DNA of 64,000 nt, from positions 1,920,001 through 1,984,000 of the forward strand of contig CBDBCY010000004.1 of NCBI GenBank assembly GCA_965203555.1, read 5' to 3'. Below are positions 10,189 through 20,650 of this stretch, one piece after another. Every line of letters starts with the position of its first letter. Position 1 is the stretch's first letter. Under the pieces are notes generated by a model. That model saw nothing but the letters and a program-made list of their open reading frames with translations. It did no database searches and was not told the origin of the DNA. The stretch is from Acidimicrobiia bacterium. Lineage in GTDB: Bacteria > Actinomycetota > Acidimicrobiia > Spongiisociales > ZC4RG35. A program made the position numbers and the translations under genes.

Positions 10189-11288
10189 AAGGCCCGTTCG
10201 GAACCATCCCCGTAGCCGACTCCGAGGCATTGCCTCCGGCCGAGATCGCATTGGCCCCCACCTCCCTCGAACAAGTCGCTCGAGTTCTCCGCACGGCCAC
10301 CGACCACCGCATGAAGGTGCTCGTTTGGGGAGGGGGAAACCACCAGGGATACGGACATCGGACCCATCCCGATGTGGTTCTGGTCACAACGTCCCTGGAC
10401 CGGGTGGAGGTCTGGGAGCCCGAAGACCTCACCCTGGTGGCGGATGCCGGAGTACGGATCGGCAAGGTGGAAAAGATGCTGGCGGAGCGCCGCCAGACCA
10501 CTCTTCTGCCCCAGCATTCGCAGACTGCCACTATCGGCGGGGCTATTGCGGTCGGATTGAGTGGATACCAACGCTTCCGTTACGGTCCCAGCCGGGACCG
10601 ACTCCTCGAAACCAGGGTGATAACCGGCGACGGACGGTTGGTTCGCGCCGGGGGGCGGGTGGTCAAGAACGCAACGGGATACGACATTCCCCGCCTGATG
10701 GTGGGTGCCCTTGGCAGATTGGGACTGATCGGCTCGGTTTGCCTGAAACTGGTCCCCATCCCCACGGCCGCGGTCACCGTGACGGTGGACGATCCGGCCC
10801 GGGCGCTTGCTGCTCTCTACCGGCCCTTGGCGGTTCTCTCCACCCCGGGCGGCCACCAGGCTTTTCTCTGGGGAACGGATGCCGAAGTGGAGTCCCAAGC
10901 CGCTCGGGTGGGCACAGAGATCCAAAGCGGTCACGTTTGGCCGTCCCCACCATCGGGAGCGATGAGTTGGTCATTGCGAGTGCCGCCCTCCCGCTTGCCG
11001 GAAGCAACGGATCTCCTTCCGCTCTCTTGGGATTACGTGGTACAGCAGGGGGTGGGCATCGTGGAATGCGCGGCCCCGGATCTGGACCTGGACCCGGTGG
11101 AGGAACTCCGTGGATGGTCCGAGTCGGTGGGAGGGGCACTGGTTCTCACCGAAGGCCCCGAAACCCTCTACGAACAGATGGACCCCTGGGGCACGCCTCC
11201 GTCCGGCCTCGACTATCAACGTAGGCTGGTGGCGGAATTCGACCCCTACGGGGTTCTCAATCCAGGTCGGCTACCGGGAGGAATCTAA
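10185..11288 (+). CDS. glcE: Glycolate oxidase FAD-binding subunit
   Basis: ATIGG, GGRVVKNATGYD, FDPYGVLNPGR; GTGA overlap with glcD. Confidence 0.88.
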   Translation: MKGPFGTIPVADSEALPPAEIALAPTSLEQVARVLRTATDHRMKVLVWGGGNHQGYGHRTHPDVVLVTTSLDRVEVWEPEDLTLVADAGVRIGKVEKMLAERRQTTLLPQHSQTATIGGAIAVGLSGYQRFRYGPSRDRLLETRVITGDGRLVRAGGRVVKNATGYDIPRLMVGALGRLGLIGSVCLKLVPIPTAAVTVTVDDPARALAALYRPLAVLSTPGGHQAFLWGTDAEVESQAARVGTEIQSGHVWPSPPSGAMSWSLRVPPSRLPEATDLLPLSWDYVVQQGVGIVECAAPDLDLDPVEELRGWSESVGGALVLTEGPETLYEQMDPWGTPPSGLDYQRRLVAEFDPYGVLNPGRLPGGI

Positions 11289-12517
11289 TGGGTTACCAAA
11301 CACCCTACGCCCCTACCAGATCAGAGCTTTCCAACTGCATTCAGTGCGGCTTGTGCCTGCCCCACTGCCCCACGTTCCGCCTCACCGGCAAGGAAACCGA
11401 CTCGCCGCGGGGCCGGCTGACCGCTATGACCGCGGTGTTGGACGGGATCATCGAGATCGACGACACCTTTGAGGAGACCCTCTCTTTTTGCCTCGGGTGC
11501 CGCGCCTGCGAACCGGTCTGCCCTAGTATGGTTCCCTACGGAAGAACCCTGGAGGGGGCGAGGGCGGAGATCGCCGCCCAACGCGGAGGTGCGGCGAGGC
11601 GACTGCGGGGCTGGATCACGGTGACCTGGTTGGGAAGCACCGCGATCATGGGTCTCATCACCTGGACCACAGCCCTGGTCCAGCGGATCGGGCTGGCCAG
11701 AATCGCCCCTCGGCGGCTCCGTAAGGGAATGAGGGGTCTTCGACGAATCCCCTGGAAGCCGCCGTCGCTGCGGGGCAGGACCTTCGAACCGGAGGGTGAT
11801 CCGCTGGGCACTGTGGGGTTTCTGACCGGATGCATCATGGGACCCTGGTTCGACGATGTCCACCAGGCAAGCATCTCACTTTTGGTCCGCGCCGGATACC
11901 GGGTGGTGGCGCCGCCCGGTCAGACCTGTTGTGGCGCCTTGGCCGCTCATGACGGAGCGGCCGACGGCGCCAAGCGCATGGCCCTTCGCAATGTGGCGGC
12001 ATTCGGAGAGGTGGATTACGTGGTGGCCGACGCCGCCGGTTGTTCCGCTCATCTCAAGGACTATCCCCACTGGGTCTCCTCCGATGACCTGGGCGACTGG
12101 AACCCCAAAGACATCAACGAACTGATCGCGGAGGCGATCGAAGAAGGACGACTGCCCCGATTGCCCGCGAGCAGGGGGAACGTGGCCCTGCAACACCCCT
12201 GCCATCTCCGGAACGCTCAGCGGATAGCTGACCAGCCCAGAACGATCCTGGCCGCCGCCGGCTATAACACCTCCGACGTGGACCCGATGTGCTGCGGAGC
12301 GGCCGGCTTTTACTCTCTTCTCCGCCCTGACACTTCCGCTCAACTTGGCGGGCACAAGGTGGAGGACATTCGTAAAAGCGGTGCAACCGTGGTAGCCAGC
12401 GCCAATCCCGGCTGTGAGATGCATCTGCGGTCCTATCTCGGTGACGGATATGTGGTGCTCCACCCAGTGGAGTTGTATCACCAGGCCCTGTCCCAAGAAT
12501 CGGCGGACCTAACGTGA
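11288..12517 (+). CDS. glcF: Glycolate oxidase Fe-S subunit
   Basis: CIQCGLCLPHCPT, SPRGR, CLGCRACEPVCP, two CCG domains, ANPGC. Confidence 0.92.
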   Translation: MGYQTPYAPTRSELSNCIQCGLCLPHCPTFRLTGKETDSPRGRLTAMTAVLDGIIEIDDTFEETLSFCLGCRACEPVCPSMVPYGRTLEGARAEIAAQRGGAARRLRGWITVTWLGSTAIMGLITWTTALVQRIGLARIAPRRLRKGMRGLRRIPWKPPSLRGRTFEPEGDPLGTVGFLTGCIMGPWFDDVHQASISLLVRAGYRVVAPPGQTCCGALAAHDGAADGAKRMALRNVAAFGEVDYVVADAAGCSAHLKDYPHWVSSDDLGDWNPKDINELIAEAIEEGRLPRLPASRGNVALQHPCHLRNAQRIADQPRTILAAAGYNTSDVDPMCCGAAGFYSLLRPDTSAQLGGHKVEDIRKSGATVVASANPGCEMHLRSYLGDGYVVLHPVELYHQALSQESADLT

Positions 12518-13092
12518 CCGGCCCTGAACCTTCGGCGCTAAATCTTTGGGACTGGTATCGGCTGGCAGCCGGTTCTTTTCGTTCGATGCTGCGGGTGGGC
12601 TTCACCGCGGCCGGGGTTGCCCTCCTGGGGCTCGCCCTGGCTTCGCTCCTGTTCGAGTTGGACTGGGTGGCCGGAGGACCGGACCTGACCGTGATGGAAG
12701 CACTGGGCTCCATCGCGGCGGTGGGAGCGGTGGGGGGCGCCATATTGGGGTTGGGAGCGGAAGCGTCCTACGGCGCCGCCGATTTGGAGGCCGAGCAGGA
12801 CGTGTGGCGAAGAGCGGGCGGGAGAGTGGTAGCGGGACTGGGCGTGTCGATAGTCCTCCTGGTACTGGGCATCCTCATTCCACTCCCCGAAGGGATGCCG
12901 ATCACCATCGACTACGGGCAGGCCACTCTGCGGGCGGCGGGGATCGCCGGCCTCGTCTCGACCTCGTTGGTACCTCCCCTGGCCGGTTGGATGTCCATCC
13001 GGATGTCGCGGTGGAAGGCTCGCTGGGACCCCTATCTGCTATTCGGGGTTTGGATTATCCTGATCCTGGTGTTGTTCTCGCCACCGGGCTGA
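12514..13092 (+). CDS. Multi-pass membrane hypothetical protein
   Basis: About five hydrophobic segments; overlaps glcF stop. Confidence 0.65.
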   Translation: MTGPEPSALNLWDWYRLAAGSFRSMLRVGFTAAGVALLGLALASLLFELDWVAGGPDLTVMEALGSIAAVGAVGGAILGLGAEASYGAADLEAEQDVWRRAGGRVVAGLGVSIVLLVLGILIPLPEGMPITIDYGQATLRAAGIAGLVSTSLVPPLAGWMSIRMSRWKARWDPYLLFGVWIILILVLFSPPG

Positions 13093-13098
13093 GTTCGG

Positions 13099-14862
13099 CT
13101 ACATTCTCTCGGGAACAGCGATGCCCAACAGGTCCAGAAGCATCGAGAGCACCCGTCCCGTATAGTCGGCCAGCGCGAGCCACGCATCCCGACGGTCAGA
13201 GTCCGGCTCGCTGAGTATGTGACACTGGTCGTAGAACCGGGTGAATCCAACCGCCACCCGGTAACAGTACTCAGCCAGATGATGGGGAGCGCGCTCGGAA
13301 GCTGCCCGTTTGATCGCTTCGGGCATCAGGCTGAGGACGAGCATCAGGTCCCGTTCGGCGGGTCGCGAAGCCGGCGCCAACCGGCCGGGTGTCAGGTCCC
13401 GCATCGCCGCCTTGGCCAAAAGCGACCGGATCCTCACTACCCCGTATTGCAGGTAGGGACCCGTCTTGCCGGAGAATGACACGAACCGGTCCGGATCAAA
13501 TACGTAGTTCGAAGTGCGATGGGTGGACAGGTCCCCGAATTTGAGAGCGGCCAACCCCACCGCCTCAGCGATCGCTCTGCGCTCCGACCCCGCATACGCC
13601 TTGGCCATATCGTTTTCCTCCAGGCGGCGCCTCGCCGCCTCGGTGACGGTCTCGATCAAGTCGCCCAACCGCACCACTCCTCCCTCGCGAGTGCGAAAGG
13701 GGCGGCCGTCGGGCCCGTTCATGGTGCCGAACCCGATGTGTTCCAGGTCCATGGTGGGTGGGGCCAGTCCGGTCAGTCGGGCGGCCCGGAAGACTCCTCG
13801 GAAGTGATCGGCCTGCCGGGCGTCCACCACGTAGAGAATCGCATCGGCCCCCAGATCATCCACTCGCATCTCGATCGTGGCCAGGTCGGTCGTGGCGTAC
13901 AGAGCCGCCCCGTCCGACTTGCGCAGCATCAAGGGAGGAACGGGGGCGTTGTCGTCTGCCGTGGCCACCTCCACCACCGTTGCCCCGTCGCTGCGGGTGA
14001 CCAGGCCGCTTTCCTCCATCCTGGCGATCATCGCCTCCACCCGGTCGGCCACCGTACTCTCTCCGTACCAAAGATCGAACTCCACTCCCAAACGGGCGAA
14101 ATCGGCCCGCTGGCTTTCCATCGAGACCCGGACCATATGCTTCCACAAGGCCCGGTACCCTGAGCGACCCTCCTGTAACTCGAGAGTGGCGCGGCGCGCC
14201 CGCTCCGCCATTTCCGGGCTGACGGCGCAAGCCGCGGCGATCTGCGGGTAAATCTCGGACAGGTCGGCCAGGCTCACCGGCGGCCGGGCCGGGAAAGTGC
14301 GGGCGTTTTCGTCGAAGTAAGGCAACTGGGGGAACCGCTCCCGCACCCCGATGATCAACATCCCCATCTGGGTCCCCCAATCACCAAAGTGCGGGTCCCG
14401 GGTCACCCGGTGGCCGACCCCGGCCATGATCCGAGCCAGTGCGTCCCCGATGATGGTGGAACGCAGATGTCCCACGTGCATGGGCTTGGCCACGTTGGGA
14501 CCGCCGTAGTCCACCACGATGTGCAAGGACTTGGAGGCTCGAGGAACTCCCAGATGGGGATCCGCCGCCATGTCCCCCACCCATTTGGCCAGAAACCGGT
14601 CGGACAGCCTTATGTTCACAAAGCCGGGCCCAGCCGGGGCCACGTTCTGGAACCGGTCGTCGGCCCTCATTATCTCCGCCACTGCGGCCGCCAATCGCAA
14701 GGGAGGCCGGCGGGCCAGGCGAGCGGCAGCCAGGGCGCCGTTGCACTGAAAGTCGCCCAACTCAGGACGCTGGGAGGGGAAGACCCTCCCAAATTCGGGT
14801 TCCAGGCCCAACTCTTCGAAGGCCGATCCGAAAACCTCTCCCAAGTGGGAAATCAGGGACAT
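13099..14862 (-). CDS. argS: Arginine--tRNA ligase
   Basis: GDFQCN, AGPGFVN, PNVAKPMHVGHLRS, GDWGTQMG, RTREG, GPYLQY, C-terminal ERM. Confidence 0.97.
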   Translation of the reverse strand: MSLISHLGEVFGSAFEELGLEPEFGRVFPSQRPELGDFQCNGALAAARLARRPPLRLAAAVAEIMRADDRFQNVAPAGPGFVNIRLSDRFLAKWVGDMAADPHLGVPRASKSLHIVVDYGGPNVAKPMHVGHLRSTIIGDALARIMAGVGHRVTRDPHFGDWGTQMGMLIIGVRERFPQLPYFDENARTFPARPPVSLADLSEIYPQIAAACAVSPEMAERARRATLELQEGRSGYRALWKHMVRVSMESQRADFARLGVEFDLWYGESTVADRVEAMIARMEESGLVTRSDGATVVEVATADDNAPVPPLMLRKSDGAALYATTDLATIEMRVDDLGADAILYVVDARQADHFRGVFRAARLTGLAPPTMDLEHIGFGTMNGPDGRPFRTREGGVVRLGDLIETVTEAARRRLEENDMAKAYAGSERRAIAEAVGLAALKFGDLSTHRTSNYVFDPDRFVSFSGKTGPYLQYGVVRIRSLLAKAAMRDLTPGRLAPASRPAERDLMLVLSLMPEAIKRAASERAPHHLAEYCYRVAVGFTRFYDQCHILSEPDSDRRDAWLALADYTGRVLSMLLDLLGIAVPERM

Positions 14863-14952
14863 CCAACCATCTCTTCCGCCAAGAAGAGAATCCTACCGGG
14901 GCAGCCACTCGTCATTGGCTTTGCGGGGCCGACCCTGCCATCATTGGCGCCT

Positions 14953-16455
14953 ATGAAAGCCGCAGAATACCGAAGCTATGACGCGATGGGACTGGCCGAA
15001 CTCATCGCTACCGGACAAGTGCCGCCACAGGAAGTGATGGAGGCCGCAATCGGTCAGATGGAACTCCTCAACCCGGCGCTCAACGCGGTGGTCCACACCA
15101 CCTATGACCGCGCGGCCCAGATGGTGGAAGCGGGCCTTCCCGATTCACCCTTGGCCGGCGTGCCTTTTCTTCTCAAAGATCTCGGCCAGTTTTGGGAGGG
15201 GGTGCCCACCTCCTCGGGCTCTCGGGCTCTCTTGGGGTTCACGCCCTCGTTCACGACCACTCTCACCTCCCGGTACCTGGCAGGGGGGCTGGTGATCCTC
15301 GGCAAAACCTCCACCCCCGAGTTCGGCATGGCGTCGGTGACCGAACCGGCTGTGCACGGCGTCACCAACAACCCGTGGGATCCGCAGATAACCGCAGGGG
15401 GTTCTTCGGGGGGATCGGCATCGGCAGTGGCGGCGGGAATGGCGCCGGCCGCGCATGCCAGCGATGGAGGGGGCTCTATTCGCATACCGAGTTCGGCTTG
15501 CGGACTGGTGGGACTGAAGCCCACGCGGGGAAGGAACCCGGTGGGGCCCATAGTGGGAGAGGGATGGTACGGCCTGGCCGCTTCCCACGTGGTCACCAGG
15601 ACCGTCAGGGACTCGGCGGCGTTGCTGGACCTCAGCCACGGACCGGAACCGGGCGATCCCTACGCCGCCACACCTCCGGGGGACGCCTTCCTCGAAGCGG
15701 TCCGCGCTGCTCCTCGACGCCTGCGGATCGGGGTGGTGGAGGGGGCGGTCACCGGGGATGTGACCCTGGCACCCGACTGCATGGAGGCTGTCCGGCAGAC
15801 CGCCTCTCTCCTGGAAGAACTGGGTCATGAAGTCGAGCCCGTCTCCACCGGGATCGGCCCCGGGCCGGGAAGACGGGCGATGCTGGTCCTCTCGTCGGTG
15901 GACACCGCCTGGTTGGTGGAGACCTTCCACATCGACCAGACCCTTCTGGAGCCGGCCAATCAGGTGGTGGTGCGAGCCGGCAGGGAGATCTCGGCCACCG
16001 AGTTTGCCGCCAACCTGTTTCTGGTTCGAAGTTACGGACGCCTGATCGGTCAGATCATGGAGCGTCACGACGTGCTGGTCACCTCCACTCTGGGTACGCC
16101 GCCGTGGCCTCATGGGATACTCCAACCCGATGCGGAACAGAAAGAGCGCATCAGGGCTGTGCTGGAAGGCCGCAACCGCGGATCAGCGTTCGAGTTGGTA
16201 GAGGATTTGGCGGTCAGGAACATGGACCGGATTCCCAACACCTGGCTGTTCAATATGACCGGACAGCCGGCCATGAGCCTTCCCCTCCACCGAACCGAAG
16301 CCGGGCATCCTGTCGGGGTTCAACTGGTGGGACGTCTGGGAAGAGAGGAGGACCTGTTCAATCTGGCCGGCCAGCTGGAGCAAGCCCGACCCTGGGATCA
16401 TCCCTTCGCCAATCCGGAGGGTTCCCAGTGGGCGGAACCGGCTGCGCGGCAGTAG
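14953..16455 (+). CDS. Amidase signature family enzyme
   Basis: GVPFLLKD, GGSSGGS, DGGGSIRIPSSACG, FNMTGQPAMSLP; true start probably ATG 14953. Confidence 0.92.
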   Translation: MKAAEYRSYDAMGLAELIATGQVPPQEVMEAAIGQMELLNPALNAVVHTTYDRAAQMVEAGLPDSPLAGVPFLLKDLGQFWEGVPTSSGSRALLGFTPSFTTTLTSRYLAGGLVILGKTSTPEFGMASVTEPAVHGVTNNPWDPQITAGGSSGGSASAVAAGMAPAAHASDGGGSIRIPSSACGLVGLKPTRGRNPVGPIVGEGWYGLAASHVVTRTVRDSAALLDLSHGPEPGDPYAATPPGDAFLEAVRAAPRRLRIGVVEGAVTGDVTLAPDCMEAVRQTASLLEELGHEVEPVSTGIGPGPGRRAMLVLSSVDTAWLVETFHIDQTLLEPANQVVVRAGREISATEFAANLFLVRSYGRLIGQIMERHDVLVTSTLGTPPWPHGILQPDAEQKERIRAVLEGRNRGSAFELVEDLAVRNMDRIPNTWLFNMTGQPAMSLPLHRTEAGHPVGVQLVGRLGREEDLFNLAGQLEQARPWDHPFANPEGSQWAEPAARQ

Positions 16456-16465
16456 TCTTGAAGCC

Positions 16466-17326
16466 GTGTCGCGGGTCAATTGGCGTCGATACCGGCCACT
16501 GGGACAGCCGACCGCCTTGGTCGCCTACCGGGGCTGGGGAGACGCAGGAGAGGCTTCCAGCCGGGCAGTGGAACATGTGCTCTCCATTTATCCCTCGGTG
16601 CTCTTGGACGAAATCGACGCCGAGGACTACTTCGATTTCCAAGTGGTCCGGCCCGAGATTCGATTCGCCCAGGGAGGAAAGGTCTCTCTTACCTGGCCGA
16701 GCACCAAGATCTACCTGACCACCCCTGAGGGAGAGAGCCCGCTGCTGGTGATCACCGGCGACGAGCCCCATGCCCGCTGGAAGTCCTACGTACAGCAGAT
16801 CATGAACCTGTGCCGGGGGGCCGGGGTGGAGAAGGTCCTTACCATGGGAGCTTTCATGGGCCAGGTCGCCCACACCCTTCCGGTGCCCATGGTGGGCAGA
16901 GCCACCCATCCGGAACAGCTCCATCGCCATGGTCTCTTCGGATCGAATTACCAGGGGCCCACCGGGATTGTGGGGGTGCTCCACCAAGCATTCACCCAGG
17001 AAGGATGGAATGCGCTCACCCTGTGGGCGGCCGTTCCCCACTACCTGTCCACCCAGGAATACCCTCCCGCTTCCCTGGCACTGGTGAGAAAAGCCTCCCA
17101 GATCCTGGACATAGACCTGCAGCCCGCCCCCCTGGAGGTGGAGGTCTCCGAATTCCACGAGAAACTGGAGGCGGTGATCGCCGAATCGGAGGATCTGGCG
17201 GGATACGTAAGGCACCTGGAGAAGGAACTATCCCAAGGTGCCGACCTGCAGCCTGAGGACCTGGAGGACGCCCGCGATCAAATGATCTCCGAAATCGAAG
17301 AGTTCCTGCGCCGCCCCGAAAACTAG
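16466..17326 (+). CDS. PAC2 family (proteasome assembly chaperone-like) protein
   Basis: GWGDAGEA, YFDFQVVRP, EPHARW, YQGPTGI, WAAVPHY. Confidence 0.9.
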   Translation: MSRVNWRRYRPLGQPTALVAYRGWGDAGEASSRAVEHVLSIYPSVLLDEIDAEDYFDFQVVRPEIRFAQGGKVSLTWPSTKIYLTTPEGESPLLVITGDEPHARWKSYVQQIMNLCRGAGVEKVLTMGAFMGQVAHTLPVPMVGRATHPEQLHRHGLFGSNYQGPTGIVGVLHQAFTQEGWNALTLWAAVPHYLSTQEYPPASLALVRKASQILDIDLQPAPLEVEVSEFHEKLEAVIAESEDLAGYVRHLEKELSQGADLQPEDLEDARDQMISEIEEFLRRPEN

Positions 17327-17395
17327 GGGCCCCTCCTTCTCGATCACATTGACGGCTTTGCTGCCCGATGGCCCTCGTCGGTCCTGGCCTCCCCT

Positions 17396-18952
17396 CTATG
17401 TAAACAGATCAGCGTGGCGAGAGCGAAGGACTGTCTTTTGGATCTTGCCCATGGCGTTGCGAGGCAGGCTTTGAGTCTCAAGGAACAGTTTTGGAATCCT
17501 GTACCCGGCCAGCCGGGAGGACAGAGCTTGACGAATCCGGCCGGGAGCGTCTCCGCTCTCACCCTCCCACACCACCGCCGCCACGACCGCCTCGCCGAAG
17601 TCGGGGTGGGGGACTCCGAACACCGCCGACTCCACCACACCGGGCACCGAGTTCAGGACCACCTCCACCTGCAGGGGGTGAACATTCAAACCGCCGGTGA
17701 TGATCAGGTCCTTCGACCTTCCCATCAAGCTCACACGGCCGTCCTCGTCAAGAACAGCCAGGTCTCCAGTGGCGACCCAACCACGGGAATCCATTGTCCT
17801 GGCTGTCTCGGCGGCGCTGTTCAGGTATCCGGTGAAAGCGCCGGCGCTGCGGACCCACAGTTCTCCCGCCCCCCCATCTTCGCTCCGGTCGTCCACCACC
17901 CTGATCTCCACGCCTTCCAGGGGATACCCCACCGACCCGGCGAGTCGCTTGCCCCGGAAGGGGTTGGAAGTGATTATCCCCACCTCGGTCATCCCGTACC
18001 TTTCCACGATCCGGTGACCGCTGCGCCTTCGAAACTCCTCCCAGACATGGGGCAGCAGCGGCGCCGATCCGCTGGTGAACAGCCGCATTCCCGCCACCGC
18101 TCGCCTGCTGAAGGCCGGGCTGTCCATCAGCCGCGTGTAGTAGGTGGGCACCGCCATGAAAACCGTTGCTCTCCCAAACAGCCGGATAGCCGTCCCGGGG
18201 TCGAAGGTGGGCATCAGGATGGTCGAAGCCCCCGCCAACAAGGCACACATCAAAGCCACGAGAAGCCCGTGGGTGTGAAAGAGGGGAAGAGCATGCACCA
18301 GGACGTCCTCGGACCGCAAGTCCCACACCCGGCACAGCGCCAATACATTGGCCGCCACTGCCCGGTGGCTGAGCACGGCGCCCCGGGGCCGGCCGGTGGT
18401 GCCGGAGGTATAGAGGATCACGGCCGGATCATTGCCGGCGGGCGGAAGGTCCGGACTGCAAACCGCGGGTTCAGCGGGAGGAGCGAGCCTGCCGTCCGCC
18501 CCGAGGGCGACTATCCGGACCGACCAGGCGCGGTCTCCCACCGACTCTGCCGCTTCGGCCTGGCAGGAGGGATCACAAACCACCAGTCGAGGCCCGCAGT
18601 CCACCACCAACTCCCGCAACTCCGCCGGTGTGCAGGCGGGATTGATGGGAATGTAAACCGCGCCGTGGCTCAGGCAGGCCAGGAAGAAAAACACGTTGGC
18701 CGGCGACTTGTGAACGTAGGCCAGAATGCGATCGCCCGGCGCCACCCCCCACAACGCCAGGCTGCTTCGACACCGGTCGACCTCAGATCCGAGTTCGGCA
18801 AAGGTCAAAGACCGACCGTCGGGAGTCTGCAAGGCGGGTCTGGCCCCGTGACGGGAAATGACCTGTTGGAGCAGGCCGTACAGTCCCCCGGAAAGGGCGG
18901 GGGGATCGACCCTCCACCGGTGGAGATCGAGATCACCAAAGAGCCGCGCCAT
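17396..18952 (-). CDS. Acyl-CoA synthetase (malonyl-CoA synthetase MatB-like)
   Basis: YTSGTTGRPRG, LPLFHTHGL, VPTYYTRL, SGSAPL, ERYGMTE, TGDL, PRNAMGKIQK. Confidence 0.88.
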   Translation of the reverse strand: MARLFGDLDLHRWRVDPPALSGGLYGLLQQVISRHGARPALQTPDGRSLTFAELGSEVDRCRSSLALWGVAPGDRILAYVHKSPANVFFFLACLSHGAVYIPINPACTPAELRELVVDCGPRLVVCDPSCQAEAAESVGDRAWSVRIVALGADGRLAPPAEPAVCSPDLPPAGNDPAVILYTSGTTGRPRGAVLSHRAVAANVLALCRVWDLRSEDVLVHALPLFHTHGLLVALMCALLAGASTILMPTFDPGTAIRLFGRATVFMAVPTYYTRLMDSPAFSRRAVAGMRLFTSGSAPLLPHVWEEFRRRSGHRIVERYGMTEVGIITSNPFRGKRLAGSVGYPLEGVEIRVVDDRSEDGGAGELWVRSAGAFTGYLNSAAETARTMDSRGWVATGDLAVLDEDGRVSLMGRSKDLIITGGLNVHPLQVEVVLNSVPGVVESAVFGVPHPDFGEAVVAAVVWEGESGDAPGRIRQALSSRLAGYRIPKLFLETQSLPRNAMGKIQKTVLRSRHADLFT

Positions 18953-18973
18953 CCTATGACGGCCCCGTAACAG

Positions 18974-19046
18974 TGGCCAGGGGCAGAATCGAACTGCCGA
19001 CCCTCGGTTTTTCAGACCGATACTCTACCAACTGAGCTACCTGGCC
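18974..19046 (-). tRNA. tRNA-Phe (GAA)
   Basis: Reverse complement GGCCAGGTAGCTCAGTTGGTAGAG...CTGAAAA...GTTCGATTC...CCTGGCCA folds as cloverleaf with GAA anticodon. Confidence 0.95.
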
Positions 19047-19056
19047 TCCCGACCCT

Positions 19057-19134
19057 TGGCGGGGACGACGGGATTTGAACCCGCGACCTCTGGCTTGACA
19101 GGCCAGCGAACACTCCAGACTGTTCTACGCCCCC
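19057..19134 (-). tRNA. tRNA-Asp (GUC)
   Basis: Reverse complement GGGGGCGTAG...CTGTCAA...GGTTCAAATCC CGTCCCCGCCA; GTC anticodon, encoded CCA. Confidence 0.95.
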
Positions 19135-19305
19135 AATTGAGCAAGGGGACATCGGTTTAGCGCCGACCTCCCGAAGTGTCAGTATATCCCCTCTTTCCGG
19201 CGGCCGTGCCGGGTTTGGCGGACACCGCCGCCGTCCCATCACCGAACCGGACCCCAGCGCGTACCCGGCAGCGGTTGTCGCCCTCCGCCCTACTGTGCCC
19301 TATGG

Positions 19306-20328
19306 TCATTCCAGGGAAAGGGCTACCTTCCCCAGTTGGCGAGCCGAATCCAACCTTGCCACCGCAGCCGGCAGTTCCTCGAACGCAAACACATGATCCA
19401 CCGGCGGCGCAGTGGCCTTGCCAGAGGCCAGCAGGTCCAGCAAATCCTGGTATTCAGCAGGGGTGTACATAGTCGATCCGATGATCTCCAGTTGCCGGAA
19501 AAACAGTGCCGGGATGAGGATCTGCGCCTTGGCGCCGCTGGTGGCGCCACACACCACCATCCGGCCTCCCGGCCGCAGTGAACGGAGCGACTGTCCCCAT
19601 GTGGCCGGACCCACATTCTCGATCACCACATCCGCCAGGCCGCCGACCGCCCCTTTCAGATCCTTTGCGAACTGTCCACTGGAGTCAAAACCCGCCTCTG
19701 CACCGTGGGCCACCGCCCAGGCGATCTTCTCCGGATCACGGGACGTAACGAACACCCGGGCGCCCAGCGAAACTCCCAAGAGGGCCGCGGCGCTGGAAAC
19801 CCCGCCTCCCACGCCCACCACCAACATGGTTTCGCCCTCCTCCAAACGACCCCGCCTCAACATACGGAAGGCGGTGCCAGCCGCCAGAGAGAAGGAACCT
19901 GCAGTCTCCCAGGACAGGTTCGCAGGCTTGGCAGCAGCATTGGCGGCGGGAACCACCACCCGTTCCGCCAGGGTTCCCTGACTGTGCTCTCCCAGGACTC
20001 CGAAGTGCCGACAGTAGACCGTTTCCCCACTGGCGCAAACCTCGCATGCTCCACAGGAGAGCGATGGGTTGATGATTACCTCGTCTCCTTCGGCCAGACC
20101 CCCCACTCCGGGCCCCACCGCGTCCACCACCCCGGCGCCGTCCCCGCCAAGGATATGCGGGAGGCTGGGAGGAGCGGGAAGTCCGTGCGTCACCCAGATG
20201 TCCAGGTGGTTGAGGGCAATGATCAGGGGCCTGATTCGCACCTCGCCCTCTCCCGGCACGGGAAGCGGCACCTCATCCAACGAGAGGGATTCGGGACCGG
20301 TAAGTTCATGTAAACGCCAAGCTCGCAT
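19306..20328 (-). CDS. Zinc-binding MDR alcohol dehydrogenase/quinone oxidoreductase
   Basis: LNHLD, HILGGDGAG, CGACEVC..C, GGGVS, CGATSG, GKVAL. Confidence 0.9.
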   Translation of the reverse strand: MRAWRLHELTGPESLSLDEVPLPVPGEGEVRIRPLIIALNHLDIWVTHGLPAPPSLPHILGGDGAGVVDAVGPGVGGLAEGDEVIINPSLSCGACEVCASGETVYCRHFGVLGEHSQGTLAERVVVPAANAAAKPANLSWETAGSFSLAAGTAFRMLRRGRLEEGETMLVVGVGGGVSSAAALLGVSLGARVFVTSRDPEKIAWAVAHGAEAGFDSSGQFAKDLKGAVGGLADVVIENVGPATWGQSLRSLRPGGRMVVCGATSGAKAQILIPALFFRQLEIIGSTMYTPAEYQDLLDLLASGKATAPPVDHVFAFEELPAAVARLDSARQLGKVALSLE

Positions 20329-20650
20329 CTACCTGAGGGTAATGCGTTTGCGGATCACAACGAGTGAGTTCGTAGCCCCCTGATAAGTCTCAGATGGCGG
20401 TTGAGATAGGTGAGGATATTCGCATGGCTGTTCACATCTGGCGCGCCCTATCCGGTTATGGTTGTCGGGATGTCTGGGGATAGCCCAGTCGGCTGGTGTA
20501 TCTTCATGCCTATGAGTCGGCATCGGCGCTTCTTCTGCTGTGGGCCAGGGCTTATCGCACCTCTGGCGAGGAGGCTGGCGCATGGCTCCCTTCCGCTCCC
20601 CCTTTCGGTGGAACCGGTCGACTACGGACCGCGAGCGTGCGGGCGGTGAG

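Noticed and set aside
17414-18970. Long antisense ORFs (also 815-1969, 20885-22393, 22812-24371, 50164-51387)
   Set aside because: Shadow frames of well-supported genes in high-GC DNA with no recognisable motifs
18974-19134. tRNA pair as an island integration site
   Set aside because: No duplicated tRNA 3' end or integrase seen; flanking genes look like host metabolism
20329-20650. Intergenic stretch with GATAAG...CTTATC as a possible MITE or riboswitch
   Set aside because: Inverted match is only about 6 bp, no target duplication, no recognisable riboswitch consensus
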